Below are positions 63,153 to 64,000 of a DNA stretch of 64,000 bases, piece after piece. Made by a program: the position numbers and the translations under genes. Where the stretch lies: contig JADHSM010000001.1 in assembly GCA_016776905.1 (NCBI GenBank), positions 180,455 to 244,454 on the forward strand. The letters run 5' to 3'. The notes below the pieces were generated by a model. That model was not told the origin of the DNA. It saw nothing but the letters and a program-made list of their open reading frames with translations, and searched no databases. Origin of the DNA: Planctomycetota bacterium. Its GTDB lineage: Bacteria; Planctomycetota; UBA8108; UBA1146. The first letter of the stretch is position 1; each line of letters starts with the position of its first letter.

Positions 63153-63758
63153 TTAATTTTTGAGTTCCTGCTGCCAGTAAGCATCGCTCACAAATTTTTC
63201 CCAAGAAGACCAGATCGGGTGCGTGGGTATTCTTCGTATCTGTGACCAGCTTGGACGCTTTGGTGGGGTCAATAGTTTTACCGATGCTTCCTCTGGAGTG
63301 CGATTGGCTTTGCGTTTATTGCACGTCACGCAAGCGAGTACACAGTTCTCCCAACTCAATTCTCCACCACGACTTCTGGGCATGATGTGATCAATAGTGA
63401 GTTCTTTTGTTCCTGGGCGTACGCCGCAGTACTGGCAGGTGTTCTTGTCTCTTCGATAGAGATTCAATCTTGAGAAGGTCACCTGTTGATCTCCGACCCC
63501 GGAGTATCCGGTTAATACAATCACCTCAAGAGGAGCAAGGCAGAGAAGTTCGGACCGAATGAGGAGTGGGTTCTCTTCTGACCGAGAGAGTGATAGGTCA
63601 TGCCATGATTTGAGATTATGGGCTTCGTAGGTAGAAGGATCGATGATGCGTGCAGCGTCGCGAGCTACCAAGCATATGGCCATTTTGGCGGGCAGAGTGT
63701 GGGTAGGAGTCCAACTACGATTGAGTACTAATGTCGGCGTTTCGAGTAACGAGGACAT
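63153..63758 (-). CDS. HNH endonuclease-domain protein
   Basis: CQYCGVRPGTKELTIDHIMPRSRGGELSWENCVLACVTCNKRK carries the HNH CxxC...H...N...CxxC. It sits 2 bp from the convergent HD gene. Confidence 0.75.
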   Translation of the reverse strand: MSSLLETPTLVLNRSWTPTHTLPAKMAICLVARDAARIIDPSTYEAHNLKSWHDLSLSRSEENPLLIRSELLCLAPLEVIVLTGYSGVGDQQVTFSRLNLYRRDKNTCQYCGVRPGTKELTIDHIMPRSRGGELSWENCVLACVTCNKRKANRTPEEASVKLLTPPKRPSWSQIRRIPTHPIWSSWEKFVSDAYWQQELKN

Positions 63759-63838
63759 TTCTGACTCTCCTCACGATTGCCCTGATGAAGTCTCGATATA
63801 AGACTGCTCCTCAGATTAATACTCACCATGGACCGGAT

Positions 63839-63864
63839 CCAGTAAGGATTCAGTAAGGATTCAG
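63839..63864. repeat. Tandem repeat 2 x 11 bp (agtaaggattc)
   Basis: Seen directly in the 5' leader region of the HNH gene. Confidence 0.6.
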
Positions 63865-64000
63865 CGAGTCTTGGCAGTGGAGTGTGAGGTAGAAAAAAAA
63901 TAATGCCCCGGCTTCCGTCTGAGACGGGAAGCCATCCCTGTCCTCCCGCAACAGTGCGAGGAGCCGGGGCGATCGCGCATAATAGGTCGCGCGCTGGATA

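Overview
This 64 kb window has the gene content and organisation typical of a Planctomycetota (Planctomycetia-type) chromosome at roughly 50% GC. The evidence is a DUF1559-type prepilin-like protein, a protein combining a dockerin-like module with a planctomycete-type cytochrome c module, a DUF4388 protein, and an FtsZ-less dcw cluster. No transposase, integrase or CRISPR array was found. The window contains these blocks, in order:

(1) A compacted division/cell-wall (dcw) cluster (885-16791): mraZ, a small inserted ORF, rsmH, ftsL-like, ftsI, murE, murF, ftsW, murG, a LysM protein, murC, murB, and an FtsQ-like protein. The cluster lacks mraY, murD, ddl, ftsA and ftsZ. In their place it ends with a small protein carrying MshEN-like motifs (the MshEN/T2SE N-terminal domain is a cyclic-di-GMP receptor) and a 695-aa single-pass membrane protein with an Ala/Gln/Lys-repeat cytoplasmic tail. 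These are the most interesting candidates for undescribed division factors.
(2) A heat-shock block: two tandem groEL paralogs with no groES, then dnaJ, grpE, an FmdB zinc-ribbon gene and yacG.
(3) Planctomycete accessory genes and housekeeping genes: tilS, purB, rsgA, an ECF sigma/anti-sigma pair, hemW, aspC and aroK.
(4) A lysine-rich histone-H1-like protein gene, followed about 415 bp downstream by a Sir2/CobB deacetylase on the same strand.
(5) A tRNA-Leu flanked by a dense cluster of tandem repeats.
(6) A type IV pilus block: pilD, an OmpA-like lipoprotein, pilT, pilB, pilC, a PilS-like kinase, a sigma54 PilR-like regulator, and a GT-C/TPR membrane protein.
(7) ogt (O6-methylguanine-DNA methyltransferase), an HD-domain dNTPase-like gene and an HNH nuclease.

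A recurring feature is perfect in-frame 12- or 15-bp tandem repeats inside coding genes (ftsI, the AQ-rich protein, tilS, the histone-like gene). MshEN-like motifs also recur in several proteins.
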